A stretch of DNA of 32,000 nt from Bacillus subtilis subsp. subtilis str. 168 (GCF_000009045.1 NC_000964.3:570001-602000), one strand, 5' to 3'. Numbered from the stretch's first letter, positions 8,198 through 16,634 are shown. The notes: generated from the sequence alone by a model not told the origin. Numbers and translations are program-made.

Positions 8198-8311
8198 AAA
8201 CTGAACGTTCAGTTTCGTCGATTAATAAAAATAATATACTAAACGTTCAGTTTTGTAAATGGATTTCTGTTTTCTTTTTTTATTCAATTTAAGTATACTG
8301 AACGTATAGTT
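8198..8311. promoter_or_regulatory. three 18-bp palindromic operators (candidate YdeS/TetR sites) in the ydeR/ydeS divergent region
   Basis: O1 at 8198..8215 is AAACTGAACGTTCAGTTT, a perfect palindrome. O2 at 8236..8253 is ATACTAAACGTTCAGTTT. O3 at 8294..8311 is ATACTGAACGTATAGTTT. O3 overlaps a TTCAAT-16-TATAGT promoter for ydeS. O1 and O2 overlap -10-like elements for ydeR. Confidence 0.6.
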
Positions 8312-8336
8312 TATATTGCGGGAAGGAATGATTTAT

Positions 8337-8933
8337 GTGCAGAGTAAACGAGGGCGGCCGCGTGATGAAGGAACGCATAAGGCGATTCTCTCTGCAGCCT
8401 ATGACCTATTGCTGGAAAAAGGCTTCGATGCGGTGACAGTCGATAAAATTGCCGAGCGTGCGAAAGTGAGTAAAGCAACGATTTATAAATGGTGGTCTAA
8501 CAAGGCTGCCGTTATCATGGACAGCTTTCTTTCGACCGCGACGGACAGGCTGCCTGTGCCTGATACAGGGTCGTCAGTACAAGATATAGTAACCCACGCC
8601 ACGAATTTAGCTAGGTTTTTGACAAGCCGGGAAGGAACCGTTATTAAGGAATTAATAGGTGCAGGGCAGTTGGATGAAAAATTGGCAGAAGAATATCGCA
8701 CGCGATTTTTCCAGCCTCGCCGCCTCCAAGCGAAAGGCCTTCTAGAAAAGGGAATTCAGAAAGGTGAATTGAGAGAGAATCTTGATATTGAAGTAAGCAT
8801 AGATCTCATTTACGGACCAATTTTCTATCGTCTGCTTATAACAGGGGATGAGGTGAATGATTCCTATGTGCGTGATTTGGTGATGAATGCGTTTAAGGGA
8901 GTTCAAGCTACCTCTGCTACAGAGAGTATGTAG
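8337..8933 (+). CDS. ydeS: TetR-family transcriptional regulator
   Basis: ORF 8316..8933. The GTG at 8337 lies 9 nt after GGAAGGA. N-terminal TetR HTH (GFDAVTVDKIAERAKVSKATIYKWW). Confidence 0.87.
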   Translation: MQSKRGRPRDEGTHKAILSAAYDLLLEKGFDAVTVDKIAERAKVSKATIYKWWSNKAAVIMDSFLSTATDRLPVPDTGSSVQDIVTHATNLARFLTSREGTVIKELIGAGQLDEKLAEEYRTRFFQPRRLQAKGLLEKGIQKGELRENLDIEVSIDLIYGPIFYRLLITGDEVNDSYVRDLVMNAFKGVQATSATESM

Positions 8934-8963
8934 CTGATAAGAACTGCAAAAGCTGCGGATTAT

Positions 8964-9232
8964 ATGACAAATTGGTTCCATCGTACAGTGAAATATAAGA
9001 TTTTTGTTGCTGAGCGGAATCATCGAGGGAAAAGTTCTCTTATCGGATGTCGAAAAAGAAGTCATTCAATCGTGAATACATAACATCATATTATTACATT
9101 CCTTTTCATCGATTGGAACAAGGGTTCTATACTTCAATGGAATACCGCAAAGTTGGAGTATTTAAACAACAGGGGAAAATCGATGGCCATTATGTAGGTG
9201 TCATGGCAATGGAAAAAATACTTGCAATGTAA
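8964..9232 (+). pseudogene. decayed GNAT N-acetyltransferase remnant
   Basis: Three frames carry consecutive GNAT-like pieces. These are MTNWFHRTVKYKIFVAE..HRGK (frame from 8964, stop at 9081), GKVLLSDVEKEVIQS (shifted frame), and the 61-aa ORF 9047..9232 ending FYTSMEYRKVGVFKQQGKIDGHYVGVMAMEKIL, a typical GNAT C-terminus. The total length is about half of a normal GNAT gene. Confidence 0.5.
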
Positions 9233-9261
9233 ACAGGCCTCTAAAGAGACCTGTTTTTTAA
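9231..9261 (+). terminator. terminator after the GNAT remnant
   Basis: AAACAGGcCTCT-aa-AGAGaCCTGTTTTTT. Confidence 0.65.
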
Positions 9262-9344
9262 TATCCAGATGATTGTCTAGTTTCAGCTTGGGCTCTATGA
9301 CCACTCCCATAACTGAAATAGTCTAATATTTATACCAGAAGGGA

Positions 9345-9373
9345 TTGTTTATATAAATAAAAGTTTATATAAT
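9345..9373 (+). promoter_or_regulatory. sigma-A-type promoter TTGTTT-17-TATAAT containing a 10-bp direct repeat GTTTATATAA x2
   Basis: -35 at 9345..9350 and -10 at 9368..9373. Direct repeats at 9347..9356 and 9363..9372. It lies about 165 nt upstream of the aseR ATG. Confidence 0.45.
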
Positions 9374-9494
9374 GACGGGGGCGCTAAGGAAACGCGGGGA
9401 GCGACTCAGGTTTTCGTTTCAAAGTTTTGATCCTTAAGATATACGGAGCGCTACATATGGAAACGTAAAGGGGAATGTATAATCATTTGGCGTG

Positions 9495-9516
9495 TATATA
9501 ACGATTTGCTTATATA
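9495..9516. promoter_or_regulatory. inverted repeat TATATAA-N8-TTATATA, candidate AseR (ArsR-type) operator
   Basis: Perfect 7-bp arms at 9495..9501 and 9510..9516. It lies just upstream of the aseR RBS and just downstream of a TATAAT hexamer at 9478..9483. Confidence 0.45.
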
Positions 9517-9540
9517 TTGATTTGGGAAGGAGGAGCTCAT

Positions 9541-9876
9541 ATGACGATTGATGTTGCGGCGATGACTCGTTGTTTGAAAACACTTAGTGATCAAACTAGG
9601 CTTATCATGATGAGATTATTTCTTGAACAAGAATATTGTGTCTGTCAATTGGTTGATATGTTCGAAATGAGCCAGCCCGCCATAAGCCAGCATTTGCGGA
9701 AATTAAAAAACGCAGGTTTTGTGAATGAGGACAGAAGAGGCCAATGGCGTTATTATTCAATAAATGGTTCCTGTCCTGAGTTTGATACATTGCAATTGAT
9801 CTTACATCAAATTGATCAAGAGGATGAATTGTTAAACCATATCAAACAAAAGAAAACTCAAGCGTGTTGCCAGTAA
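9541..9876 (+). CDS. aseR: ArsR/SmtB-family arsenite-responsive repressor
   Basis: ORF 9517..9876. The ATG at 9541 follows GGAAGGAGGAG and gives 111 aa. [32 protein letters not shown] with C-terminal cysteines. Directly upstream of an ArsB-type pump gene. Confidence 0.9.
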
Positions 9877-9888
9877 GGAGGCATTAGA

Positions 9889-11196
9889 TTGACATCAATG
9901 ATTTTGGCAGTATTCATCTTTTTATTAACTCTAGTATTGGTCATATGGCAGCCGAAAAATTTATCTATAGGGTGGTCAGCCTGTGGAGGCGCAGTTTTAG
10001 CTCTAATAGCAGGTGTTGTCAATTTTCATGATGTGTTAACTGTGACAGGGATTGTTTGGAATGCGACCTTGGCTTTTGTGGCCATCATACTGATATCGTT
10101 AATTCTTGATAATATCGGTTTCTTTGAATGGGCAGCGCTTCATATGGCTAAGGCTGCAAAAGGATACGGTGTGCGGATGTTCGTTTATGTATCTCTATTA
10201 GGAGCTATCGTCGCCGCGTTATTTGCAAATGACGGTGCAGCTCTTATATTGACACCAATCGTATTAGCGATGGTCAGAGCATTACATTTTAATGAAAAAT
10301 TAGTTTTTCCTTTTATCATTGCCAGCGGATTTATTGCGGATACCACTTCGCTTCCTTTTGTAGTAAGCAATTTGGTCAACATTGTTTCAGCGGACTATTT
10401 TCATATTACGTTTATTGATTATGCATCCAGAATGGTTGTCCCGTACCTGTTTTCGCTGCTGGCGAGCATCATTGTACTTTACCTTTTCTTTAGAAAAAGC
10501 ATACCAAAACGCTATGATCTGACTGAGGTTAAAAAACCTGTTGAAGCAATTAAAGATCAAAACATGTTCAGACTGTCATGGTATATCTTAGGGCTGCTGT
10601 TAATTGGATATTTTGCAAGTGAATTTTTTTCTATCCCTGTATCAGTGGTAGCGGGCAGCATTGCAATCATTTTCTTAATCGCTGCGCAAAAGAGTCCGGC
10701 CGTCCATACAAAGAAAGTGGTGAAAGAGGCGCCATGGGCTATCGTATTCTTTTCAATTGGCATGTACGTTGTTGTGTATGGTGTCCGAAATGCCGGATTA
10801 ACGGATGTCCTTTCAGATGTGATTCAAGCCGCAGCTGATCAAGGATTGTTTGCTGGGACAATTGGAATGGGCTTTATTGCGGCGATTCTTTCTTCCATTA
10901 TGAATAACTTGCCGACTGTTATGATTGACGCATTGGCCATTGCCGGTACAGATACACATGGGATGATGAGAGAAGCGCTTATTTATGCAAATGTGATCGG
11001 TTCAGATTTAGGGCCTAAAATAACACCGATTGGTTCCTTAGCGACATTATTATGGCTTCATGTTCTTTCGCACAAAGGTATGAAGATTTCCTGGGGCACG
11101 TATTTTAAAACAGGAATTATCCTCACGATACCCACTTTATTGATCACACTTGTCGGCCTGTATATTTGGCTGCTGATAATCCATTCTTGTTTCTAA
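9889..11196 (+). CDS. aseA: ArsB-family arsenite efflux pump
   Basis: 435-aa polytopic ORF. The TTG start lies 7 nt after AGGAGG and 12 nt after the aseR stop. Confidence 0.92.
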   Translation: MTSMILAVFIFLLTLVLVIWQPKNLSIGWSACGGAVLALIAGVVNFHDVLTVTGIVWNATLAFVAIILISLILDNIGFFEWAALHMAKAAKGYGVRMFVYVSLLGAIVAALFANDGAALILTPIVLAMVRALHFNEKLVFPFIIASGFIADTTSLPFVVSNLVNIVSADYFHITFIDYASRMVVPYLFSLLASIIVLYLFFRKSIPKRYDLTEVKKPVEAIKDQNMFRLSWYILGLLLIGYFASEFFSIPVSVVAGSIAIIFLIAAQKSPAVHTKKVVKEAPWAIVFFSIGMYVVVYGVRNAGLTDVLSDVIQAAADQGLFAGTIGMGFIAAILSSIMNNLPTVMIDALAIAGTDTHGMMREALIYANVIGSDLGPKITPIGSLATLLWLHVLSHKGMKISWGTYFKTGIILTIPTLLITLVGLYIWLLIIHSCF

Positions 11197-11215
11197 AAGG
11201 ACAAGGTCACTATAT

Positions 11216-11500
11216 CAAGGAAAACAATGCACTGGTAACTCTTGCCGCAGCCAAATGGCTGAAGGGTGGGGGAGAAAATACCTTGGGGCTAAGTGGAATG
11301 TGTACAGCGCAGGAATCGAAGCTCAAGGATGACATCGAGTGCTGTCAAAGCAATGAAAGAAGCAGGGATTGATATTTCAAATCAAACATCGGAGAAATTT
11401 GATGATCCGGCAAAAGCACACGGAACAGAAGAAGTGTTTCCAAAGGGTCCGTGATGAAATTGGTGACCGTTTAAAACAGTTTGCTGTAACTGGGGAATAA
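11216..11500 (+). pseudogene. arsC (thioredoxin-coupled arsenate reductase, LMW-PTPase type) remnant
   Basis: Read across frames: [34 protein letters not shown] (stop), then [35 protein letters not shown] (stop), then FQRVRDEIGDRLKQFAVTGE (stop). It needs at least 2 frameshifts. There is also an N-terminal micro-deletion and an internal deletion of about 40 codons. Confidence 0.8.
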
Positions 11501-11552
11501 AGAATCGATATATTCAGCGTTTTCTTGGGTTATATAATACAATGTGTTGTTC

Positions 11553-11597
11553 AACAGGTGTCTGCGAGCTGAGTGCAGACACCTGTTTTTGTTTTTA
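11553..11597 (+). terminator. terminator of the aseR-aseA-(arsC remnant) unit
   Basis: AACAGGTGTCTGC-gagctgagt-GCAGACACCTGTT followed by TTTGTTTTTATTT. Confidence 0.8.
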
Positions 11598-11693
11598 TTT
11601 GTCTGAGATTCGTAACAGGGAAGTTATTTAGCTGGTGACAGAGGAAAATTGATTTGTGAACAGAATCATGAAGGAGACGGTGTTTTAAAGGAG

Positions 11694-12479
11694 TTGTCTG
11701 TTTTGCAGGAATTAACAAAAAAAAAATACAGTAGCTTAAAAACAATGTTTGATGACAAATATTGTCCCACATTTGTCTATTCAATATTAGACCAAACCAT
11801 TCCGGGAGCTGTTTATGCAGATGATCAAACCTTTCCTAAATCGTTTTTTATAGGAACTGAATCAGGCATTTATTTTATTGCGGGAGACCAAGGGAATCGG
11901 GATTTTCATGATTTCATTGCAGGATATTATGAAGAACAAGTGAAATCATCAAAACGATTTACCTTGTTTTCTTCCAGTGATACATGGGATAGCGTACTGA
12001 AACCCATACTGAAAGATGACTTAAACCAAATGAGAAGAGCTGCATTTTCTTATCAACCAAAATCTTTCAAAAAGACTTTGCAACTGCCAAAGGGGCTTGT
12101 ATTGAAAAGAATTGACGAAGACATCATTTCACATAGCACAGCGTTTAACAGCGCGTATTATGAGGAGTATTGGAATTCTGTCTCACAGTTTGCTTCAAAA
12201 GGTTTTGGATTTGCCGTATTACATGGCAATCACGTAGTAAGTGAGTGTACCTCTATATTTTTAGGGCATAATCGAGCGGAAATGGATATCTATACACTTG
12301 AAGAATATAGAGGACTGGGGTTAGCTTATTGCGTAGCAAATAGGTTTATAGCGTTTTGTATGGAAAATGGGATTGTTCCTAGCTGGGATTGTGATATTTG
12401 CAACAATTCGTCCATTGCATTAGCAGCTAAACTAGGGTTTAAGACGGTAACGGAATACACTATTTACTACTCTGGCTAA
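11694..12479 (+). CDS. ydfB: GNAT-family N-acetyltransferase
   Basis: ORF 11649..12479. Likely TTG start at 11694, or at 11703 (9 nt after AAGGAG). The C-terminal half has a GNAT fold (MDIYTLEEYRGLGLAYCVANRFIAFC...IALAAKLGF). Confidence 0.84.
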   Translation: MSVLQELTKKKYSSLKTMFDDKYCPTFVYSILDQTIPGAVYADDQTFPKSFFIGTESGIYFIAGDQGNRDFHDFIAGYYEEQVKSSKRFTLFSSSDTWDSVLKPILKDDLNQMRRAAFSYQPKSFKKTLQLPKGLVLKRIDEDIISHSTAFNSAYYEEYWNSVSQFASKGFGFAVLHGNHVVSECTSIFLGHNRAEMDIYTLEEYRGLGLAYCVANRFIAFCMENGIVPSWDCDICNNSSIALAAKLGFKTVTEYTIYYSG

Positions 12480-12503
12480 CCTTAATGAAAGAACCTTAAA
12501 AGG

Positions 12504-12535
12504 AGATACCAACCGATGTTGGTATCTTTTTTGTT
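12504..12535. terminator. terminator between convergent ydfB and ydfC
   Basis: AGATACCAAC-cgat-GTTGGTATCT followed by TTTTTTG. Confidence 0.75.
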
Positions 12536-13456
12536 TTAGAGTTTTTTTACCCTTTTAGCAGAAAAATGGGTGATGAAAATCTTATTCATTTTATTTACTT
12601 TTAGGTAGGTAAAACATACCCCGCCAACTGTAACCACTCCGCCTAGCAGAGAGAGCAGTGTGGGTATCTCGCCGATCCAGAGCCAAGATATGATCAAGGC
12701 TAAAGCCGGTGTAACATAAAGTGAAAGGGTTGCTTCTGAAGCACCGACGAATGAAGTGACATATGCTAGTGCGAAGTAAGGAATAACCGTCGGCAATAAT
12801 CCTAAGTAAACGATAGACAAAGTTGCGCTTATTGAAGCGTTCATCATCTCTTCGCCTAAGCCTGGCAGAAACACAAGCATAGGTATTGTTCCGCCCCAAA
12901 TGGTGAATGTAACGAATGGAATAAAACCATATTTTTTTATATAGCGGGCTTGAAAAACGAAATAAATACTCTCCGAAAATGCTGCCAGCAGGATGACCAA
13001 GATACCGCTCATTGAATATGTAAAGTCTCCCGCCCCAAATGCAATCAATAATACACCCAATAAACTGATCATAGAGCCAAGCCATTTCGTAAATCCAAAA
13101 TGCTCTTTATAAAACAGGCGGGATAGCATGGCTGAGAAGATCGGTGCCGTAGTAACGAGTAAGCTTGCAACTCCGGCACTAACTGTTTTTTCACCGATGT
13201 TCAGCAAAATGTGATAGAATGCAAATCCTAAAAACCCTAAAAGAAAAATGGCAGGAATGTCTTTCAAGTCGGGTAGGCGCATCTGAGTCAAAACAGCAAA
13301 AAGCAATAATGCCATAGAGCCGATTAACAAACGAAATAAAGCAAGGTGTTCTGGCGTGTACCCTTCAAGTCCTGCGCGAATTCCCGGAAAAGCAGATGCC
13401 CATAAACCAATCATGAGACTATGAGATATCATTATTTGAACTGTTTTCTTTCGCAT
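12536..13456 (-). CDS. ydfC: EamA/DMT-family permease
   Basis: ORF 12536..13465. The ATG at 13456 (MRKKTVQ) follows GAGGAGTGAGAGGA and gives 306 aa with about 10 TM segments. Divergent from a MocR gene. Confidence 0.9.
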   Translation of the reverse strand: MRKKTVQIMISHSLMIGLWASAFPGIRAGLEGYTPEHLALFRLLIGSMALLLFAVLTQMRLPDLKDIPAIFLLGFLGFAFYHILLNIGEKTVSAGVASLLVTTAPIFSAMLSRLFYKEHFGFTKWLGSMISLLGVLLIAFGAGDFTYSMSGILVILLAAFSESIYFVFQARYIKKYGFIPFVTFTIWGGTIPMLVFLPGLGEEMMNASISATLSIVYLGLLPTVIPYFALAYVTSFVGASEATLSLYVTPALALIISWLWIGEIPTLLSLLGGVVTVGGVCFTYLKVNKMNKIFITHFSAKRVKKL

Positions 13457-13481
13457 TCCTCTCACTCCTCTTTACAAAAAC

Positions 13482-13567
13482 CAACCAGTTATTTAATGTG
13501 TTTCTATACTAATAAAGATTTGATGATATGGCTTCAACCAGTTCAATAGATTTTGACCCAACCAATT
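13482..13567. promoter_or_regulatory. candidate MocR (YdfD) operator: CAACCAGTT repeats in the ydfC/ydfD divergent region
   Basis: CAACCAGTT at 13482..13490, CAACCAGTT at 13535..13543 and CAACCAATT at 13559..13567. Spacing is 53 and 24 bp. The last repeat abuts the ydfD RBS. Confidence 0.5.
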
Positions 13568-13588
13568 TATTTTAAGGAGACCGATTCT

Positions 13589-15037
13589 ATGAGCTTTCCA
13601 GAAGAAAAAAAGATGAAAAAGCTCCCTAAGTACAGACAAATCGTTCATTTTATTAAAGAGAAAATAGGAAATGGAGAGTGGCCGATTGGAAGCAAGATTC
13701 CAAGCCAGCGCACGCTTGCAAAAGATTTTCAGGTAAATCGGAGCACAGTGATTACAGCGTTAGAGGAATTGATGGCCGATGGGCTAATAGAAGGCACAAT
13801 GGGGAAAGGCACAGTTGTTATCAACAACACATGGACACTGATGGCTAAGAATTCTGCTCCCGATTGGGATCAATATGTCACCTCTGGCATTCAGATGCCA
13901 AGCCGAAAAATCGTTCAAGAGATAAATCAATCAGAATCAAATACAGACCTTATACAGCTCAGTAAAGGTGAACTTTCAGCTGAGATTTTTCCTTTGGCTG
14001 TTATGAAAGAGATGATGGGGAAGGTATCTCAACACATGGAGGCATTCGGATATGAAGAACCAAAAGGTTACTTACCTTTGAGGGAGGCATTAAGCAACTA
14101 TTTAAAAACCATTGGAATCAACGTCTCATCTTCTTCCATTCTGATTGTCTCAGGAGCGTTGCAAGCCTTGCAGCTGATATCAATGGGGCTGTTACAAAGA
14201 GGATCAACCGTTTATCTTGATCAGCCCTCCTACCTTTATTCATTACACGTATTTCAATCAGCTGGTATGAAGCTGACTGGACTTCCTATGGATAATGAAG
14301 GACTTTTGCCTGAAAATGTTCATTTAACAAGAGGAGAGCGGGGAAGGGCTATCTTATATACAAATCCATGTTTTCACAATCCGACTGGTATTCTTATGTC
14401 TAAAAAGCGACGGGAAGAAATCCTAGCAGTAAGTGAGAATACACAGCTTCCTATTATTGAAGATGACATTTATCGTGAGTTATGGATCGATGAAATTCCG
14501 CCATATCCTATTAAAACAATTGATAAAAATGGACACGTACTGTACATAGGAAGTTTATCGAAAACATTAAGCCCAGGTTTGAGGATTGGATGGATCGTCG
14601 GACCGGAACCGGTGATTGAACGTTTATCTGACATTAAAATGCAAACAGATTACGGATCCAGTTCGCTATCCCAGAGAGTAGCGGCAGAGTGGTTTACTTC
14701 CGGCCACTACCAGCAGCATGTAGAAAAGGTTAGGCAGCAATTAAAGGTGAGAAGAGAATTGGCCTTGAGTGCTTTAGAAACTCATTTGAAAGAAGTGGCG
14801 ACATGGAATATCCCAAAAGGAGGGTTTTTTGTCTGGATAAAAATATTGCCTTCCATATCAATGAAATTACTTTATACTAAAGCCTTATCAAAAGGGATTC
14901 TGATCAATCTCGGCAGTATCTATGCTCAGGAAAAAGGGAATTATATTCGCTTATCATATGCTTATGCATCTCTTGAAGACCTTCAAAAGGGGATTTATGA
15001 GTTGGGTTTAATGATTAAAGAATTGGCAAGCAGGTAA
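13589..15037 (+). CDS. ydfD: MocR-type regulator (GntR wHTH fused to a PLP aminotransferase-like domain)
   Basis: ORF 13553..15037. The ATG at 13589 follows AAGGAGA and gives 482 aa. GntR HTH (IPSQRTLAKDFQVNRSTVITALEEL) and PLP-lysine motif (GSLSKTL). Confidence 0.9.
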   Translation: MSFPEEKKMKKLPKYRQIVHFIKEKIGNGEWPIGSKIPSQRTLAKDFQVNRSTVITALEELMADGLIEGTMGKGTVVINNTWTLMAKNSAPDWDQYVTSGIQMPSRKIVQEINQSESNTDLIQLSKGELSAEIFPLAVMKEMMGKVSQHMEAFGYEEPKGYLPLREALSNYLKTIGINVSSSSILIVSGALQALQLISMGLLQRGSTVYLDQPSYLYSLHVFQSAGMKLTGLPMDNEGLLPENVHLTRGERGRAILYTNPCFHNPTGILMSKKRREEILAVSENTQLPIIEDDIYRELWIDEIPPYPIKTIDKNGHVLYIGSLSKTLSPGLRIGWIVGPEPVIERLSDIKMQTDYGSSSLSQRVAAEWFTSGHYQQHVEKVRQQLKVRRELALSALETHLKEVATWNIPKGGFFVWIKILPSISMKLLYTKALSKGILINLGSIYAQEKGNYIRLSYAYASLEDLQKGIYELGLMIKELASR

Positions 15038-15065
15038 CTTTTATATCCTTAAATGGATGTTTCAC

Positions 15066-15100
15066 TAAAAAAGAGATCAAGCCTAATGATCGCTTGATCT
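15066..15100 (-). terminator. hairpin between ydfD and ydfE (U-tract only on the minus strand)
   Basis: AGATCAAGC (15074..15082) pairs with GCTTGATCT (15092..15100). The plus-strand A-run at 15067..15072 gives a minus-strand U-tract. Confidence 0.5.
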
Positions 15101-15154
15101 GATAATAACAAGGGTTACTAGAATAGACCAAATCATGGTTCGGTCTTAAAATAA

Positions 15155-15778
15155 TCATGTCTCTGAACGAAAAGTCTTTCCGACTTCTCTTCCTAAACCA
15201 AAGTAGTGTCTGAAATTATAGATAAGCGGGCTCCATTTGGAAGGGTTGATATGGTTTTCGTCCAGAATGATACTTTCCTCGGCATGAAAATGTAGTGCCT
15301 GCGTCTCTACAATTGCGAATGACGATTCATATTCTGGAAGCCGAATGTGTTTCACTTCGGCTTCGATTTGGATAGGGCATTCTTTAATTCGTGTTGGTGA
15401 TACTGTTTTTGATTGTAAAGGCGTTAACCCTGCTGCCTCGTATTTTTCTTTTTTATATGTAAATCCGATCTGCTTCTTTAAAGGCGGTATACTCTTTTTT
15501 CCGCTATAAGATGAAATTCTTTCAACGTTTTCCCATAAATCCGGGCCAGGCAAGTTTATGACACACTCTTTGTGTCTTTCCAAATTGTCGATGGCTTTTC
15601 CTCCCAGTCCTACTCCAAGGATTATATAATGTCCAAGAGCCCAAGAAGAAGACATAGGACTAATATTAGTGGTTCCATCCTCATTCAATGTGGTTAGAAG
15701 AAATGTCGAGGTACCATAATACATGATCTTGGGTTTGATTTCCTTAAATCGACGAGTGTCTTGTTTTTTGATGTCCAA
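15155..15778 (-). CDS. ydfE: flavin reductase-like (FMN-binding split-barrel) protein
   Basis: 207-aa ORF. The TTG start lies 8 nt after AGGAGG. Divergent from the ArsR-type gene ydfF. Confidence 0.86.
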   Translation of the reverse strand: MDIKKQDTRRFKEIKPKIMYYGTSTFLLTTLNEDGTTNISPMSSSWALGHYIILGVGLGGKAIDNLERHKECVINLPGPDLWENVERISSYSGKKSIPPLKKQIGFTYKKEKYEAAGLTPLQSKTVSPTRIKECPIQIEAEVKHIRLPEYESSFAIVETQALHFHAEESIILDENHINPSKWSPLIYNFRHYFGLGREVGKTFRSET

Positions 15779-15800
15779 CGTTTTTTCCTCCTTGTCACGC

Positions 15801-15840
15801 TTACATTTATATTGTAAAGGATTAACATTTCAACTATCAT
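15801..15840. promoter_or_regulatory. overlapping divergent ydfE/ydfF promoters with the palindrome TTACA-N7-TGTAA
   Basis: ydfF (+): TTGTAA (15812..15817)-17-TATCAT (15835..15840). ydfE (-): TTGAAA-16-TATAAA. The palindrome 15801..15817 covers the ydfE -10 and the ydfF -35. A further ATGTAAG half-site is at 15851..15857. Confidence 0.4.
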
Positions 15841-15867
15841 CGAAATATGAATGTAAGGAGGAAAATC

Positions 15868-16548
15868 ATGAATCCTAATATTGCAAAAATCTCTTCGTTG
15901 CTATCAGATCCCTCGCGTTCTTCCATTCTTCTCAGTCTGATGGATGGAAGGATACACCCTGCGGGAGAGCTTGCATATCTCGCTAACATTAAACCTCAAA
16001 CTGCAAGTTTTCACCTGAATAAATTGCTTGAAGCAAAGCTGATTAGCGTAGAGAAGCATGGGAGACATCGGTATTACAGATTGGCTGACTCAGATGCTGC
16101 AAATGTGATCGAACAATTGCTTCATATTGCGCCTAAAGCAAAAGTCAAATCTTTAAAAGAGTCAAAAGAGAAAAAGGACTTGCATTTCGCCCGGACCTGT
16201 TATGATCATTTGGCAGGTTATGTGGGCGTGCAAATGGCACATTCACTAGTTGAGCAGGGGATGTTAAAAAAAGTTGATTTAAACTTTGAGGTGACTTCAG
16301 AGGGTGCTTTATTCTTTTCGAAGTTAGGCATCAATGAAGAGCAACAACGGAATAAGAGGAGAGCCTTTGCCCGCTGCTGTTTGGATTGGAGTGAACGGCA
16401 GCATCATATTGCAGGAGCATTAGGAAACGCCCTATTGGTGCGCATGTTAGAAGAAGAATGGATCGTTCGTATGCCTAAAACGAGAGCGATTAGGATTACA
16501 CAAAGCGGGAAAATCGCGTTTGAAAAGCACCTAAACGTGAAGATTTAG
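15868..16548 (+). CDS. ydfF: ArsR-family wHTH regulator with an extra C-terminal domain
   Basis: ORF 15847..16548. The ATG at 15868 follows AAGGAGG and gives 226 aa. N-terminal ArsR HTH (LSDPSRSSILLSLMDGRIHPAGELAYLANIKPQTASFHLNKL). Confidence 0.87.
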   Translation: MNPNIAKISSLLSDPSRSSILLSLMDGRIHPAGELAYLANIKPQTASFHLNKLLEAKLISVEKHGRHRYYRLADSDAANVIEQLLHIAPKAKVKSLKESKEKKDLHFARTCYDHLAGYVGVQMAHSLVEQGMLKKVDLNFEVTSEGALFFSKLGINEEQQRNKRRAFARCCLDWSERQHHIAGALGNALLVRMLEEEWIVRMPKTRAIRITQSGKIAFEKHLNVKI

Positions 16549-16592
16549 GATTTTGAAGCGGAAACATCAGATGATGAGGCACGATATCTAGG

Positions 16593-16634
16593 AGGAGTAA
16601 GATTTGTTCTAATCTTACTCCTTCTTCTTATTTT
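16593..16634. terminator. terminator between convergent ydfF and ydfG
   Basis: 12-bp stem AGGAGTAAGATT/AATCTTACTCCT followed by a T-rich tail on the plus strand. Confidence 0.7.

Noticed and set aside
9047-9232. 61-aa ORF considered as an independent small gene
   Set aside because: It has no RBS before its ATG. Its sequence is the C-terminal end of a GNAT fold, and upstream GNAT pieces lie in other frames. I treat it as part of a pseudogene.
11551-11784. 77-aa minus-strand ORF
   Set aside because: It spans the aseA/arsC-remnant terminator and the 5' end of ydfB on the opposite strand. It has no RBS.
12591-13085. 164-aa minus-strand ORF
   Set aside because: It is an alternative frame inside ydfC. 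The EamA frame is clearly the coding one, given its hydrophobic periodicity, RBS and length.
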